Source of the DNA: Fimbriosthenelais zetlandica
Lineage: Eukaryota
NCBI GenBank assembly: GCA_977030845.1
Contig: OZ365118.1
Coordinates: forward strand, 18,786,001-18,850,000
Direction: 5' to 3'
Length of the DNA stretch: 64,000 nt
The notes under the pieces were generated by a model. The model saw only the letters and a list, made by a program, of their open reading frames with translations, searched no databases and was not told the origin of the DNA. The number at the start of each line of letters is the position of its first letter. The first letter of the stretch is position 1. Below are positions 37,490-50,000 of this stretch, one piece after another. Both the position numbers and the translations under genes were made by a program.

Positions 37490-37569
37490 CTTGCTCCTTT
37501 CATACATAAAGGTAGTAAAATCAAAACCGCCAACAATAGGCGAAAAAGACCACTCCTCAAGTTTTGGGG
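37490..37569 (-). CDS. Gene A exon (domain B1 start): (A)PKLEEWSFSPIVGGFDFTTFMYERSK
   Basis: Acceptor tttttctctcttttcttgcag, donor AAG|gtaggt, 80 nt, phase 1 to 0. Confidence 0.88.
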
Positions 37570-38089
37570 CTGCAAGAAAAGAGAGAAAAATTACTCTCAC
37601 AATGGTTATATCACTGAAATTAATCAAGACAAACTGTAGAGACAGCACTATATTAATTACTATGCAATAATTGGGGAACCGTTTATGTGAACTGCCAATT
37701 GCCCTTTATTTCCGACTCTGATACATGGATGCAGTTTCTCTTAGTTTAATTTCCCTGAAGTATTTAGTCAAGAGTGAGACAAAGGCCCTAAATTGTCAGG
37801 AGTGAAAACCCTTGCCATAAGAATAGATTTATCTGCGCTCACCCTCTTTGATTTCTTACCAATGGCATGCATCCACAGCGGGCCACATTAAGGGAATGTT
37901 AATCAGGATCTGGGAATAGCAAACTTCATTGCATATGCATTGGATTCAAACCGTTACCATAATTAGATTGCATCGTTAAGTGGTGACTTTCTTAACCCGT
38001 CCTACTGATGTGCATACACTGTAGATCATGAGGATAGGAGAACCCAACATCTCCCCAAGTTTACAGCAAGGATCAAGATGTTAACTTGA

Positions 38090-38345
38090 AACAGCTATGT
38101 TCCCTGAGAATATGGTTCATTTTCATATACTACTATGGCAGTAGTATATGAAAATGATCCATAGATTTAGGCACCCAGAGAAGAAAGAGTGTGGCAGAGA
38201 GGTTTCTTATGCCAGTGTATTCTACGGATGTGCATATATGGTAGATCCAAATGGAAGAACAAGATTTCCTCAAGGTTTTAGGTTTAGATATGTAACAGCT
38301 ATGTTCCCTGAGAATGTGGTTCATTTCCATATACTACTATGACAG
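38090..38345. repeat. ~52-bp direct repeat (AACAGCTATGTTCCCTGAGAAT...), copies at 38090 and 38294
   Basis: Seen directly, few mismatches. Confidence 0.8.
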
Positions 38346-38501
38346 TTTCTATGATAGTTCTATGATAGTAGTATATAGAAATGAACGCCTGATCCAGGCA
38401 CGGTGGGAGCATGTGGGGCAGGTCAGCCTGAATTAAAGGTGTTAATATTATGGGGATTAATGGGATTATGACGGGAGATAATCTGTGTAATTGACACTTA
38501 C

Positions 38502-38576
38502 CGAACCAAGGCCACAATTCTCTTTGCATCAGGTGTTCGCCACATAACTCGTTATGGTTTGCCTCTCTAGGTGGTG
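38502..38576 (-). CDS. Gene A exon: (S)PPREANHNELCGEHLMQRELWPWF
   Basis: Acceptor ttgtccattgcag, donor TCG|gtaagt, 75 nt, phase 1 to 1. Confidence 0.88.
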
Positions 38577-39497
38577 CTGCAATGGACAAAGTGAGTCAAT
38601 TGATATAAATTGAACCTCTAGATCAATTAGAGATCCAGGGAGCGGTGAGGGAGGGACAGACTTTAACAGTAAGCACTTTAATGGACAGACAGTCAAAGCA
38701 AATGAACCGAAAAAACATTCAAAATTAGACAGTCAGCCTTGGTGGGAGACATTGATTTCAGAATGTCGTATAATACCTCATTTATTCAAGGTACTCCCGG
38801 CCTTTTCCTCAACACCCTTCATATCAATTATTGAGTTTTTTATCAGGAAATAATGAAAAAATGTCCTTGGCCACTGATGAGCCTCACTTTTCATGGACAC
38901 TCTGCATGGCGCGGGAACTACTTTCATTATTTCCGGTTTGGAGATAGAACCAAAGTCATGTCACGGAGCTGGCTTCATTGTGTTTGTTCAGCGACATCGC
39001 CGCCTGTCATATAAATTATGACCAAGCTTCACATATTTATACTGTCGATTTATTTGCAAATTTCCATTACAGGCCAGGCCTTGGTGGGTGAGGGGTGCCC
39101 GGGGTCCTAATAAAGCGGGGGTCAGAGGTCAGCCATCATCAGTGTATCACTCCGCCGGCACATCACCACACAGAGCTTTATACGCCTACCTGATGAGGGA
39201 ATGATAGGTGCACGCTAAACCCTATACAAATGCAAATTCTCCACAATTGCCCAGCCACCAAGCTCCTCTCCAGAGAAATGACTCTCTAATCGGGTGCTGT
39301 TAGGGTTTTGCCTGTCTTTTATGAATGGAATATAACTGACGGCCCCCGGCATTAGCCAGAAAATGTACACACATTAAGACCAATCAACTTATTTCACACT
39401 GGAACTGTTTTCCTCCACTTTTCCCATTTCCTGACTAAACGAGGGACGTATCAATATTTATTAAACAGGCCGCCAGACATGAGTATTTATCCCATCT

Positions 39498-39499
<2 letters not shown>

Positions 39500-39573
<74 letters not shown>

Positions 39574-39730
39574 GTGAGAGCGTGGGAGATACTGAGAGAC
39601 AGAGTGAGAGAGAGGGAAAGGGAGATGGATAGTGAGAAAGAGACATGTAGAGGGAGAACGAGATGGAGAGGGAGGGAGAGGAGATAGGGATGGGGACAGA
39701 GACAGAGACACTCAGACAGAGGGAGAGAGT
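39500..39730. repeat. (GA)n microsatellite (pure 39500-39570) with degenerate GA-rich extension
   Basis: Seen directly. Confidence 0.95.
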
Positions 39731-41067
39731 GAGTCCATGCCATCATATTATGACAGTCAATGTACACGGCATCATAAGTCATATTTCTCTTGCCATAACT
39801 TGCGTGATTTATTTACTTCCGAACAATGGAGTTTAATATCGGGCCAGAGTTGGCTTAGCTGGCCTAATGTTATAGATAAAGGCTGGCCGGGCTGTCCCTG
39901 GATGATAGTTGACCATGGAGCAGATAACGTCAGCCTGCATGGATGATGTACGGCCATGTATGGTGCTCCATCTGAAGTTTGTCAGATACTCCCTCCATCT
40001 GATGCTCTCTGTCTCTCAATCGGCTGTGCTCACAACACACAACCAGAGATTTAAAAAAACATCAACCCAAGATACAACCCAAATTAAAGCCAGCTTCACC
40101 GAACCAACTTCAGCCTGATAAGGCAGCCGCCTGGAAATCGGGTATTTTTTCTCGGATCAATCCGGGATCCTACAATGTACTTAATCCAGACTTTTTGGGA
40201 TCCCGGTCCAGCTTTTAATCCCGATTTATTCACGTTCAACTAAATTCTCTTTTGAATGAAGTAAGATTTATGGAAATGGAATCCGGATGAGCAGGGATTC
40301 CTTTAGTTGTTTTACTGGTAACAATATAGACAAAGATCATATTGAGATAGTGGAATCATGGCTAATACATAATGTTTAAGATACTTGGGTTGGAAACTGC
40401 TCTGGTGGATCGCCATCTGAAGTGAAGGAATTTTTACACTCTCAGATGCGGAGTAATCAGAAAAGAAGAGAATAGAGTAAATATTGGCCGTGTTTGATTA
40501 GTTTCTTGTGAATATTTGTCTGGTCTTTCTTCTCCCATCCTACTTGATTGATTGGAGCAGTTGAAAAAGTGAAAAACTAATGTGAATGGCCACAGGTTTT
40601 AGAGATTTCACCGACTGAGTTACAAACATATGAGACGTTTTGCAGGCCAGTCAGTCTGACATTTCATAAGATAGTGAGTGAAAATCACATAAAGTAGTCG
40701 GATTCCGTTTTAGACATAAGATCAGACATAAGAAGCACTCAATGTAATAGTCGTTCTATCAGGTTTTTAGTGCTGTAATTGTCTGGCCAGTTAATAATAC
40801 GTCAAACTCCAGGTTTTTATGATCTGTAAAATGACCTGGGGACTGACTGAATAACATGTATAAAAAAACAACCGAGAGAAGATTAGAAAATGTTAATAAA
40901 GTAACTGTAGATATTAGAATTGATGAGTGGAGAAATGGAGATGGAAGGTAAAACAGAGATAGAGATAGGGAAAGACAGGCAGAAACAGAGAGAAACCCCT
41001 ATCCTCAAACCCCCACCCTTCACTCTATATTAAAGTATACCACCCTCCCTTCCTCCTCATCACCCAA

Positions 41068-41149
41068 ACCGGAAGTACAAACCCTCCCCGCGTCCAATCG
41101 AATCAACCCCACACAAGATCTCGCCCGCGGCTTGCTTCTCGCGAGATCT
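41068..41149. promoter_or_regulatory. Intronic promoter-like motif cluster
   Basis: ACCGGAAGT (ETS) 41068-41076, CCAAT 41094-41098, palindrome TCTCGCGAGA 41137-41146, local CpG enrichment. Confidence 0.55.
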
Positions 41150-41262
41150 AACCAAATTAGCCCATGTTCCATATCTATACCTTATTATCTAATCTCCCGA
41201 CCAGGGCCTAATGGCCGGCCCCGGGATTAACACTCCCTCAATCCACCATGATTTACTCATAC

Positions 41263-41339
41263 CGACTCAGACCGAGCTGCTCCGCCCAACAGCTTATCCA
41301 ACCACTTAAAGCAGTGAGGAGCAATAAGGTGGTGGACAT
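41263..41339 (-). CDS. Candidate orphan first exon with signal-peptide-like sequence MSTTLLLLTALSGWISCWAEQLGLS
   Basis: GCCGCCCGCCATG context, TATA-like motifs upstream, donor CG|gtatga. It is phase 2 and does not fit the next gene A exon. Confidence 0.3.
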
Positions 41340-42350
41340 GGCGGGCGGCTGGCCAGGCCTATATAATGATGTCAATCTCCTACACTTATAAAGGTAGCAT
41401 AACGGATGGGTGGAGGGATTCTCAGGGTACGGACACATGAAGGCATGAATGAATGAAGGTGGGGGCGGGGGAGCTGGGATTGGCAATAACGAGTGAAGGC
41501 ATTTTAAAAGGCACAAAGTGGGTTGAGAACGGTAAAGGCTAACTGGTCCTAGAGATGACTATAGGTGTAATATGGCTGGTGTGTGTGTTAGATCGTTATT
41601 GTTCACTACACATACAGTCTGTATATGATACTTCACTGACTGTTAAGTCTATATGTGTCCATTATTACCTCCATGGATCTCATGTCAACTACATTCACAC
41701 TACACCAGACAATATAATATAGGAGGATTTCATTTCATTTCATTCTGATGTCTGAATACATGAAGATAACTGTACTATTATATTACATTTATATAGAGAT
41801 ACCGAGATTAAGCTAAATATCATACAGCAGATTATGATAGAAGGTATTTAGAAATATAATATCCTGAAAAGTATGATCTAGCATTCTATTCATATAAATC
41901 TAATGTATTATTTCATTCTCATATATTGAGGCCCATTGCTTTCTTCTTGTGATGAATTTAATTGTAACTGACCACACACAATCTGTCCCCCAGCCTGTGA
42001 ATTAATGGGGTGGGGGTGGGTTAAGTTTCCCCTGCCTTCATTGTGTTATTTACTGTTAATGAAGCCTTCACCTTATAAAGACATTGTAAGGATATGAGGC
42101 CTGGTGGTATGGCAGTAATTTAGTGGGGAGTCTGTCTATAGGTTGTAGGTTAACCCTGCCAGTGGTTAGTGACAAGGCAGTGATGAATGACTGGTACAGG
42201 AGGAGGAGATGAGAGAGACGAGCCATGTGTGAGCTTACAGAAGGCCAGAGATACTCCACTCATGGTGGAAAGATGCCAGGTACAACTTACTCTCATCACC
42301 AGCCCCCAATACTGCACACGTACTGGTGTAACGAGTATATACTGTAATAG

Positions 42351-42450
42351 ACAGGCACAGACTGGGTGCAACAGGCACAGAATGGGTGTAACAGGCACAG
42401 AATGGGTGCGATAGGCACAGACTGGGTGCGATAGGCACAGACTGTGGGCA
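42351..42450. repeat. About 5 copies of a 20-bp unit (AC/TAGGCACAGACTGGGTGC..)
   Basis: Seen directly. Confidence 0.85.
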
Positions 42451-43124
42451 ACAAGTAACTGGGTATATATATTTATCCCTATCACTGGGTGACAATCTTT
42501 AACACTTGTTGCAACAGGCACACAATCGGTTGATTCTTGAAAAGATACCAAGAAAGTGAATAAGACAAATATAGCTTTCTCAACAATATTCTTAGCCATC
42601 TACTTGTATGTATCCCTCGGCATACATGTATGTAAGTATAGCTTGTGAAAGTGTGAGAAGTTGGTCAAGGCTAGGGTCTTCTTTCCGTTCTATATTTAAA
42701 ATTTCATCTCTCATCTCTTTAAAAATGGCTCTAAACTCGATCTATGGCAGCTAGCATGCCGGCTTTGTAGGGCTGCAGGCGGAATGATATGCTCATGGCC
42801 AGGCGGACGCCAGAACGCCCATTACATTATTAAGGCTAACCATGTTTGCCTATTACGATAATTGAGTTTTTACGTGCTGTCACTGGCCTTTTGTATCTCT
42901 ATGCTGTGAAATAATATGGTTATCATGACATGTATATGTATCTAAAACTAGATGCTGACATTCAACACCATCCATAACTAAAATAGCCCAACACCATCCA
43001 AAGCTAAAATAGCCAGCTTCATATGAAAAGAAAATGGTAAACACATTGACACTGGATACGAATCAAAACAAGAATCAGATGACACTATAAAACATTTATT
43101 AATAGAAAGTGAGTGTATACTTAC

Positions 43125-43189
43125 ATGACCAAACCTGCACTATATTTTTGTTTCTGGGCACGAACTTCATACATAGATAATAGGTCCGC
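43125..43189 (-). CDS. Gene A exon: (G)RTYYLCMKFVPRNKNIVQVWS
   Basis: Acceptor catttctctcattccag, donor CAT|gtaagt, 65 nt, phase 2 to 1; parallels RPRYTCVHF...LQFQI of A2. Confidence 0.9.
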
Positions 43190-45778
43190 CTGGAATGAGA
43201 GAAATGAGGGAAATGTGAGTGAGAGATGAGGGAAATGTGAGTGAGAAATGAGTGAAAGATGGTAGTGTGGGTGGTTGGGTGTAGAAGGGAGTGGGAGGTG
43301 GGCGTGGGAGGTTGGGTGTTTGAGGGAGTGGGAGGGGGAGAGGCCATGTTTTGGGAGCTGTCAGGGAATGCCAGGTGATAGCTCTATGAATGATCCATCA
43401 CACCTGAGGGATCCAAGGCTTACTGCCAGTACTCCTCCTCATATTCACAACAACTTAATAATTAATTTTAAACCAGAACTTTTAACTGAGAGATAGGAAT
43501 GATGTGATCGTACATCATTGTAATTTGTTTGGCAATTTATTCCAACTGTCAGATCGACGTATTTAACCCTACAATCATTCATTATAAGAGTTTAATAGTT
43601 GTATCAAACCGCTTAAGTGTTAAACACCTGATTTCATTTTATTTTTTTTTTCATTATTCCTAAGTGTCACTTTTGATTAAAAGAATTGTGGCTCATAAAA
43701 TAAGCCATATGTATATGGCGGGTATTTTTACTCTTCATGATCTGCCAGGAACTGAGACCAATGTTCATTTGAAATGCGTGTCACGAATGAATGGATAAAT
43801 CAATAGAGACAGACATGGAAGAAAATTACATATGACTGGCATGGGTGTAGAGAGCATGGAGCAGAATGACAATGTGAGTTAAATACAGCTGAATACAGGC
43901 TGCAGGTATACATTAAACAGCCCCACAATTCCATCCCCTCAGGGGACTGTCTTATTCCATTCAAGTAAGTATTGAAAAGCTAATGATATACATTCATATA
44001 GGCTACCACTGAAGCTCATTCTCCACGTTAAATAGTCATATCACAAGCTTTTACTTCCCATGAACTATATTATTGTGGCTGGCATACTTTGGGTATTATC
44101 CCAGCAATTTATATCATATAAATCAATCTCATTTTTTGTGAGGATTTTCTAGGAAAGGTCAGAATGCCTGGTAATATATAACCCGGGTTGTACAGAATGT
44201 TCACAATGAGTGATTGTCGTTATATGAATATTTTCATAACCACAGGGGATTTATCCATCTTATACGGGGATAAAAAACGCATTCTTCACTCTACAAACAA
44301 CATCTATACAGAGTAAAGTGCCCCAGGAGAACACCAGCCCGTTTGCCCTGTCCCAGGCCCAGCAGAGCTTGTAACAAACAGTCAAATCTCACCCAAGGGA
44401 CGGCAGCAATTCTGGGTCAGTCCTAATGAGCTAACAGTGCGGAGAGTTATGAAAGATTAAACCAGCGAGCCGCTATGTGGTATAGATATACTCCGTGACA
44501 ACTTACGTTCACAGGGGAGGGGCCCGGTTCAATTCTCCAGACAATCTCCAAATTGCATGGCCATTGTCCTTCTACACCCAGTGCTGCTAACTGGGATATC
44601 AAATCCCAGTCATGTCTCAGCTACAAGAGTATCAGAAGGACCATCATAGTTAAAGTCATGAATGTCCATTGACTGATATCTATATCTTGCTCCATCATTT
44701 GCACTCAAAATCAGCTTGGACAGATGACCAAAATGACCATTATGTTGAGTTGCGATTCCAACTTCTAGTAGGCCTAAACAATATGAGATGTCTTTGATGC
44801 GCCACAGTGGACAAACGTTGACATAGAGTATAGGTGTGTATGCAGTAGCGAAGCAAGTCATGTTTATATATAGTATGAGTTATAGTTGGGAGCAGCTCGC
44901 GTCCTCTCCCCACCAGCTCTCTGACTGCTCGGGGCAACAATTGGTTGTCACTGACCACAGAGTCTATTACACACCCATATAGACAGTCATAAATAGAGGC
45001 AGGTCAGAGGAGCGAGGACTGGAGTGGAATGTCAATGGACCAGAGCTGGCCTAACCCACATAAACATCCCACCAATATCTCATATAGAAATCACAGTACA
45101 TGACTTCCCCCAGATCCGCCCCCGCCCCCCGCCTACTTCTTTTACTTCATGTGGCCATCAGACTTTGAGATTTTCAAGATTAAGGCTTGTCTTGTGTTTG
45201 AGAAATGGTGGTCTTTGTGAAAGGGGAAGGTCTTTGATGGCAGGATTTGTCAGGGATGGGATGGGGAACGGTCCCGTATGACAGGGTCAGCTGAAAAATG
45301 ATCCAATTGGTCTTTACAGGTCGCCAGCAGAAATTGATGGGCTCTAGGCAATCTGATTAATAACCAGGGGAACTATTTATGACATACATATCAAGATTGT
45401 ATTTTTATGAAGCAATATATTGAAATGGAGGCCTTGGAAATGGAATAAGCGACTCCCGACAATGTCAATAACTGATTAAAAGTGAGGGTAAAGATCAGTC
45501 GTGGTGGCCGGGTGGACATAAAAGTGATTCCATGTACCCCACAGGTCTATAGATTTGTGGGTCAATTTCTCTCAGCGTCGTTTGGCCCAATGGTCAGTGG
45601 CCGGGTTCCTCGCTGACCCCTAACTGGGCTGACCCAAGCACCCCCCAGGCCAGCCTGTACATAAAAGATTCCACCCTAACTCACAATGCGGGATGTGTGA
45701 GTCAAACCAGTCCCAGAACGCTTCTTATTGGCTGAGCCATGTGTCATGTGATAAGAAATAAACAAGCCTGCTATCACA

Positions 45779-45792
45779 GTGCCATCTAGCGG
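45779..45792 (-). promoter_or_regulatory. CTCF-type motif CCGCTAGATGGCAC
   Basis: Consensus match; binding not shown. Confidence 0.4.
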
Positions 45793-46440
45793 GCTCTGAT
45801 GAGTTGGTTGGTCGGTGCCTGCTTTAGACGCTGCCATAGGAGAAGGGTTCAAGCTGCTAAACAGGAGTTGAGGATTATTGGTTTGCCACCCACTGCCAAT
45901 AGAAGCAAGCCGTATCAGTAGCCACACCAATCCCACCTACTGACAATAGCATGCTGCTCAAATTACCCCAGAAAAGGCATGGCTATGTGGAGTAAATTAG
46001 CTGGCCCCATTCCTCTCCTATCATGGGTGTGAACATGGGAGTTTCTAGACAAATTATCACTCAGCTTCCCTTCCCTGAATAAGCTGGTCCTGCGTTACAT
46101 GTATACGAATCAATCCTTGGCCATACACTTCTAAAGAGGGAAATATATCCCTTAGTTCTTTATGAGATTTTCGATCATGAAGTGGAAAGGAAGCTTGACA
46201 TTTCAGATAGCTTGCAAAGAAGCTACAGGACAGGCATCAGTAATATCATTAACACACTTATTTAAGTAATTGAAGTAGGAAAGAAGACAAGTGTGAAGTG
46301 TATAATTCTCCATTCGACTAATACAAGTCTTTTTGGGGTTGACAATCACTTGAAAAGCTATTGAGTGCAACCCAAGTTCAGGCTTATAATGCGTGAAGTA
46401 GGTTTGGAAATTCTGGGTGAATGGTTGGTGTGTGTAAGCC

Positions 46441-47018
46441 AGCAATAAGAGGTGAGGGTATGGGTGTTACAACCAGCAATAAGAGGTGAGGATATGGGTG
46501 TTACAGCTAGTAATAAGAGGTGAGGGTATGGGTGTTACAACCAGCAATAAGAGGTGAGGGTATGGGTGTTACAGCTAGCAATAAGAGGTGAGGATATGGG
46601 TGTTACAACCAGCAATAAGAGGTGAGGATATGGGTGTTACAACCAGCAATAAGAGGTGAGGATATGGGTGTTACAGCTAGTAATAAGAGGTGAGGGTATG
46701 GATGTTACAACCAGCAATAAGCGGTGAGGGTATGGGTGTTACAGCTAGCAATAAGCGGTGAACGTATGGGTGTTACAACCAGCAATAAGCGGTGAGGGTA
46801 TGTGTGTTACAACCAGCAATAAGCGGTGAGGGTATGGGTGTTACAACCAGCAATAAGCGGTGAGGGTATGGATGTTACAACCAGCAATAAGCGGTGAGGG
46901 TATGGGTGTTACAACCAGCAATAAGCGGTGAGGGTATGGGTGTTACAACCAGCAATAAGCGGTGAGGGTATGGGTGTTACAACCAGCAATAAGCGGTGAA
47001 GATATGGGTGTTACAACC
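46441..47018. repeat. Minisatellite, 17 copies of a 34-bp unit (AGCAATAAG[A/C]GGTGAGGGTATGGGTGTTACAACC)
   Basis: Units counted directly; head-to-tail with no spacers. Confidence 0.95.
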
Positions 47019-50000
47019 TGCCTGGTGAATGATGTATGGCAGCTATAGTAGAGATGGCGGGGGCTTTCTTGTCCCATTCACCTCTCAACACAGGGGATAT
47101 GTTAGAAGATGGAATCATGGTGATGTATATCAATATTACACACTGTAAACAGCCAGGCCGACCAGCCCAATAACTTACACCTCAACTCCTAGCGGGAATA
47201 AGGCGGGCAGGCCGGGCCTACCAGGGGACAGCCCGGTAAAATGGACTGTGGGATGGCATTGTTATTGGATGAAATTCCAATGGGAGATCACACAGGAGAT
47301 AAATTGATTTTCAGCCTTGAAGATGCTCAGGAATATGGGATCTGAATGCTGAGCTACAAGTGGAAATATCAGGAGTTAAAGCGTATAGCTTTGATTGTTT
47401 TGTTCCACTGACTGAAACATATTATTACGTGTTATTGCCAGGTTTCTAATTATATACATTGTGGGACAGAAAGGTCATAGTGTGAAAAAGCAGTAGAAAG
47501 GTGGAATCAATCCGTTCCCCTTTAACTGTACACTACAAACAACTTATATTAAAGTGAGAATATTGACCTGGGAATACACATGTAATATCAAAGCAAAAAG
47601 TTCAATACTCAGCCACGATTGTTCATATATGAACACCTACACTGAGCTGAGTATGTACGTGTACAGAGGGCCCACCATACACGGGCGGTATATGAACCCC
47701 TCCCAGTTAACCAATAATCACTTACTTTGCACCTTTGTCACCTTGACTACATCTGTGCCCATTCAGCCTCGTTCCCACCTCTTCTAGCCTCTTTTTTGCC
47801 CAATCACCACCGTGTAATGAATACAGAGGTCTTTTAGGCCCCGGATGAGGCACCATTTCCGGTGGTTGGTGACCAGTCCCTATCTCGCCCATTGATTTGT
47901 CCTGAGACGGAAATTTGGTATTTTCTCAACACAACCTTTCCAGCCGTATCCATCAATAATACTGACCTGAGTTATTTCTTTTCTATTTGGATAAGCTTAT
48001 ATGAGATGGCGGGGAATGTAATTTTGATGTGATTCATGGTCTTAGTTTTATAGTCCTGGCTTCGCTGGAGAAGAATGGAGGATGCTTAGTGAATGATGAA
48101 TGAGCTAGGGTGAGGGTAGAGTAGGTAGATCTAGGATACAGGATTCTCTCAGCGAGTTTCTACATCTTTGACTGGATTTGTATATAACTCACAAGTCACA
48201 ACTTCCATATGCTCAACGATCAAAAAATTTGTTTTGTCAGAATCCAATAAATCTTTTGTCAGGCATTTCTATAGTGTTCAATTAGATGATCTGAATTCAC
48301 TGTACTGAACACTGTAAAGGACTGTAGGGGAATTAGCTACAGTGTTGCCTACTTTTCCCATCTATGAGGGGAGTAGAGGGAGTGCCAGGAGGGTGAGGGT
48401 GATGGTATTTGCCTTGGCAGGGTGACTTTATTGATAACACCAAGTTATGTTCAGCTTCTGGCTAGTGAGGGGGTGCCCTGTATGATGGCCTACAGTTGAA
48501 GCCAGTAAAAGAAGGCTGACATTCGCCAGTTAGTGTGACATGTAATATGGCACATCATTTCTATTATAATGCCAGGTTTTCATGGATGCGAATGAGAACC
48601 GATGAGACAAAGTGTCTGATGAGACCTCATTTGATGTAAAAAGTGTGATTTTTAGGAAGGGAACCCACTTTGTGCTGGAAAAAATGAACCTGCTCCTTTA
48701 ATAGTGGAAATATTTCAACTCGACTCTTTTACAAAAAAGGTGGGTTTTATTACAAAATGTTGGCAGTAATGGGTTGTGTTTTTGACCAGTGAACAGAGCA
48801 GGCGGTGTACCTGGAGGCTGGGAGCCCCCGCGGGTAGAGGACACCTGGGGGGCTCGGGGGGAATGCGCCCCTAATGGGTACTGACAACTCCCTGCACCAG
48901 CGGGGACAAGGTGGGACGGGCAGGGCGGGCAGTGTCAGTAAAATGCTAGGTAATCGGCCTCCATGCTGACGGCTTGGACTCAATAGGATGTCCTAGACTT
49001 GCTAACAACAAGCTGGAGAAGATCACTATAGCTGGCAGCTCAGGCCAAACTTACCACACAAAACCAATAAAGATGGACCGGGAAATCTCCCAGGGTCAGC
49101 CTCCAACATGGGAAGGGTCTTAACAAAGCTTGACTGGTATTATATTTTTATCATGCTTCATTTTAAAAGGCCGCTGCTCTCAGGGGATTAAGGATGCAGT
49201 TTCGAGGCATAACAGGAGAGTTCCATCCAGGATTTTGTCAAGATCAACAAAGCATGTTGGTTTAGGGATCTAAGTTTAAAATCTGAGTTGAGAAGCTCAG
49301 CGTTTCTTCCTCTCTCTGACCTGGAGGTGAACTTGTGCTAGTGATAATCACCTCTCATTGTGACAGCAGTATCAGAAACATCACTGACAGTTCATTCCTG
49401 ACATTGACAGCAGTGACAGCTCTCTTTTCACAATGACAACATGTCTCCCTCCATCACCCTGGGTCAGGGTCATTCCACCCCCTCAGACTTAGGGTTTGTT
49501 ACTTAAAAACTTTTTTTCCCTCGCATCATCCAATGGCATGTGGGTTTTTTTGTAGAATGGGCCCCAGGGTTCTATTGACCCCTGAGCTTTACCCACGCAG
49601 ACGTGTGAGCGCATGCCCGTGGCGAGCGACACCTGGGGGTGGGATAAATCAGGCGAGCTGACGCCATTATGACCTCTACTGTGACCTCCACCACGCCATC
49701 TATTGTTTTATAGAGGAGGCTATGAGAGGCTTTAATCTGGTGTGGTGTTAAACACGCCTGACTACATCTATACGCCTGTCATTTACAGCTACACATTCTA
49801 CAAGCCTACCATTGATCCTTACAACACCACTCTCTGTGAACTTGTACAAAAAATCTACATCACTGTAATCGGCTTACGATAAGATGAGATCGATCCACTT
49901 CTAATGTTTAAAAAAGAAAACATTTAAACCTTATAAAGAATGAGGACTGCATGGTGAAAGCATGAAAGGTTATCTTCCTCCTTTGTATGTTTTCTATGAG

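Noticed and set aside
39435-39946. ORFs with SLSLSL or RDRDRD runs
   Set aside because: Produced by the GA microsatellite.
44610-44861. ORF ending ...RYRYQSMDIHDFNYDGPSDTLVAET*
   Set aside because: Weak acceptor, no donor, not needed for the gene A frame.
46441-47018. CRISPR-like array
   Set aside because: Contiguous 34-bp units with no unique spacers, no cas genes, eukaryotic intron context.
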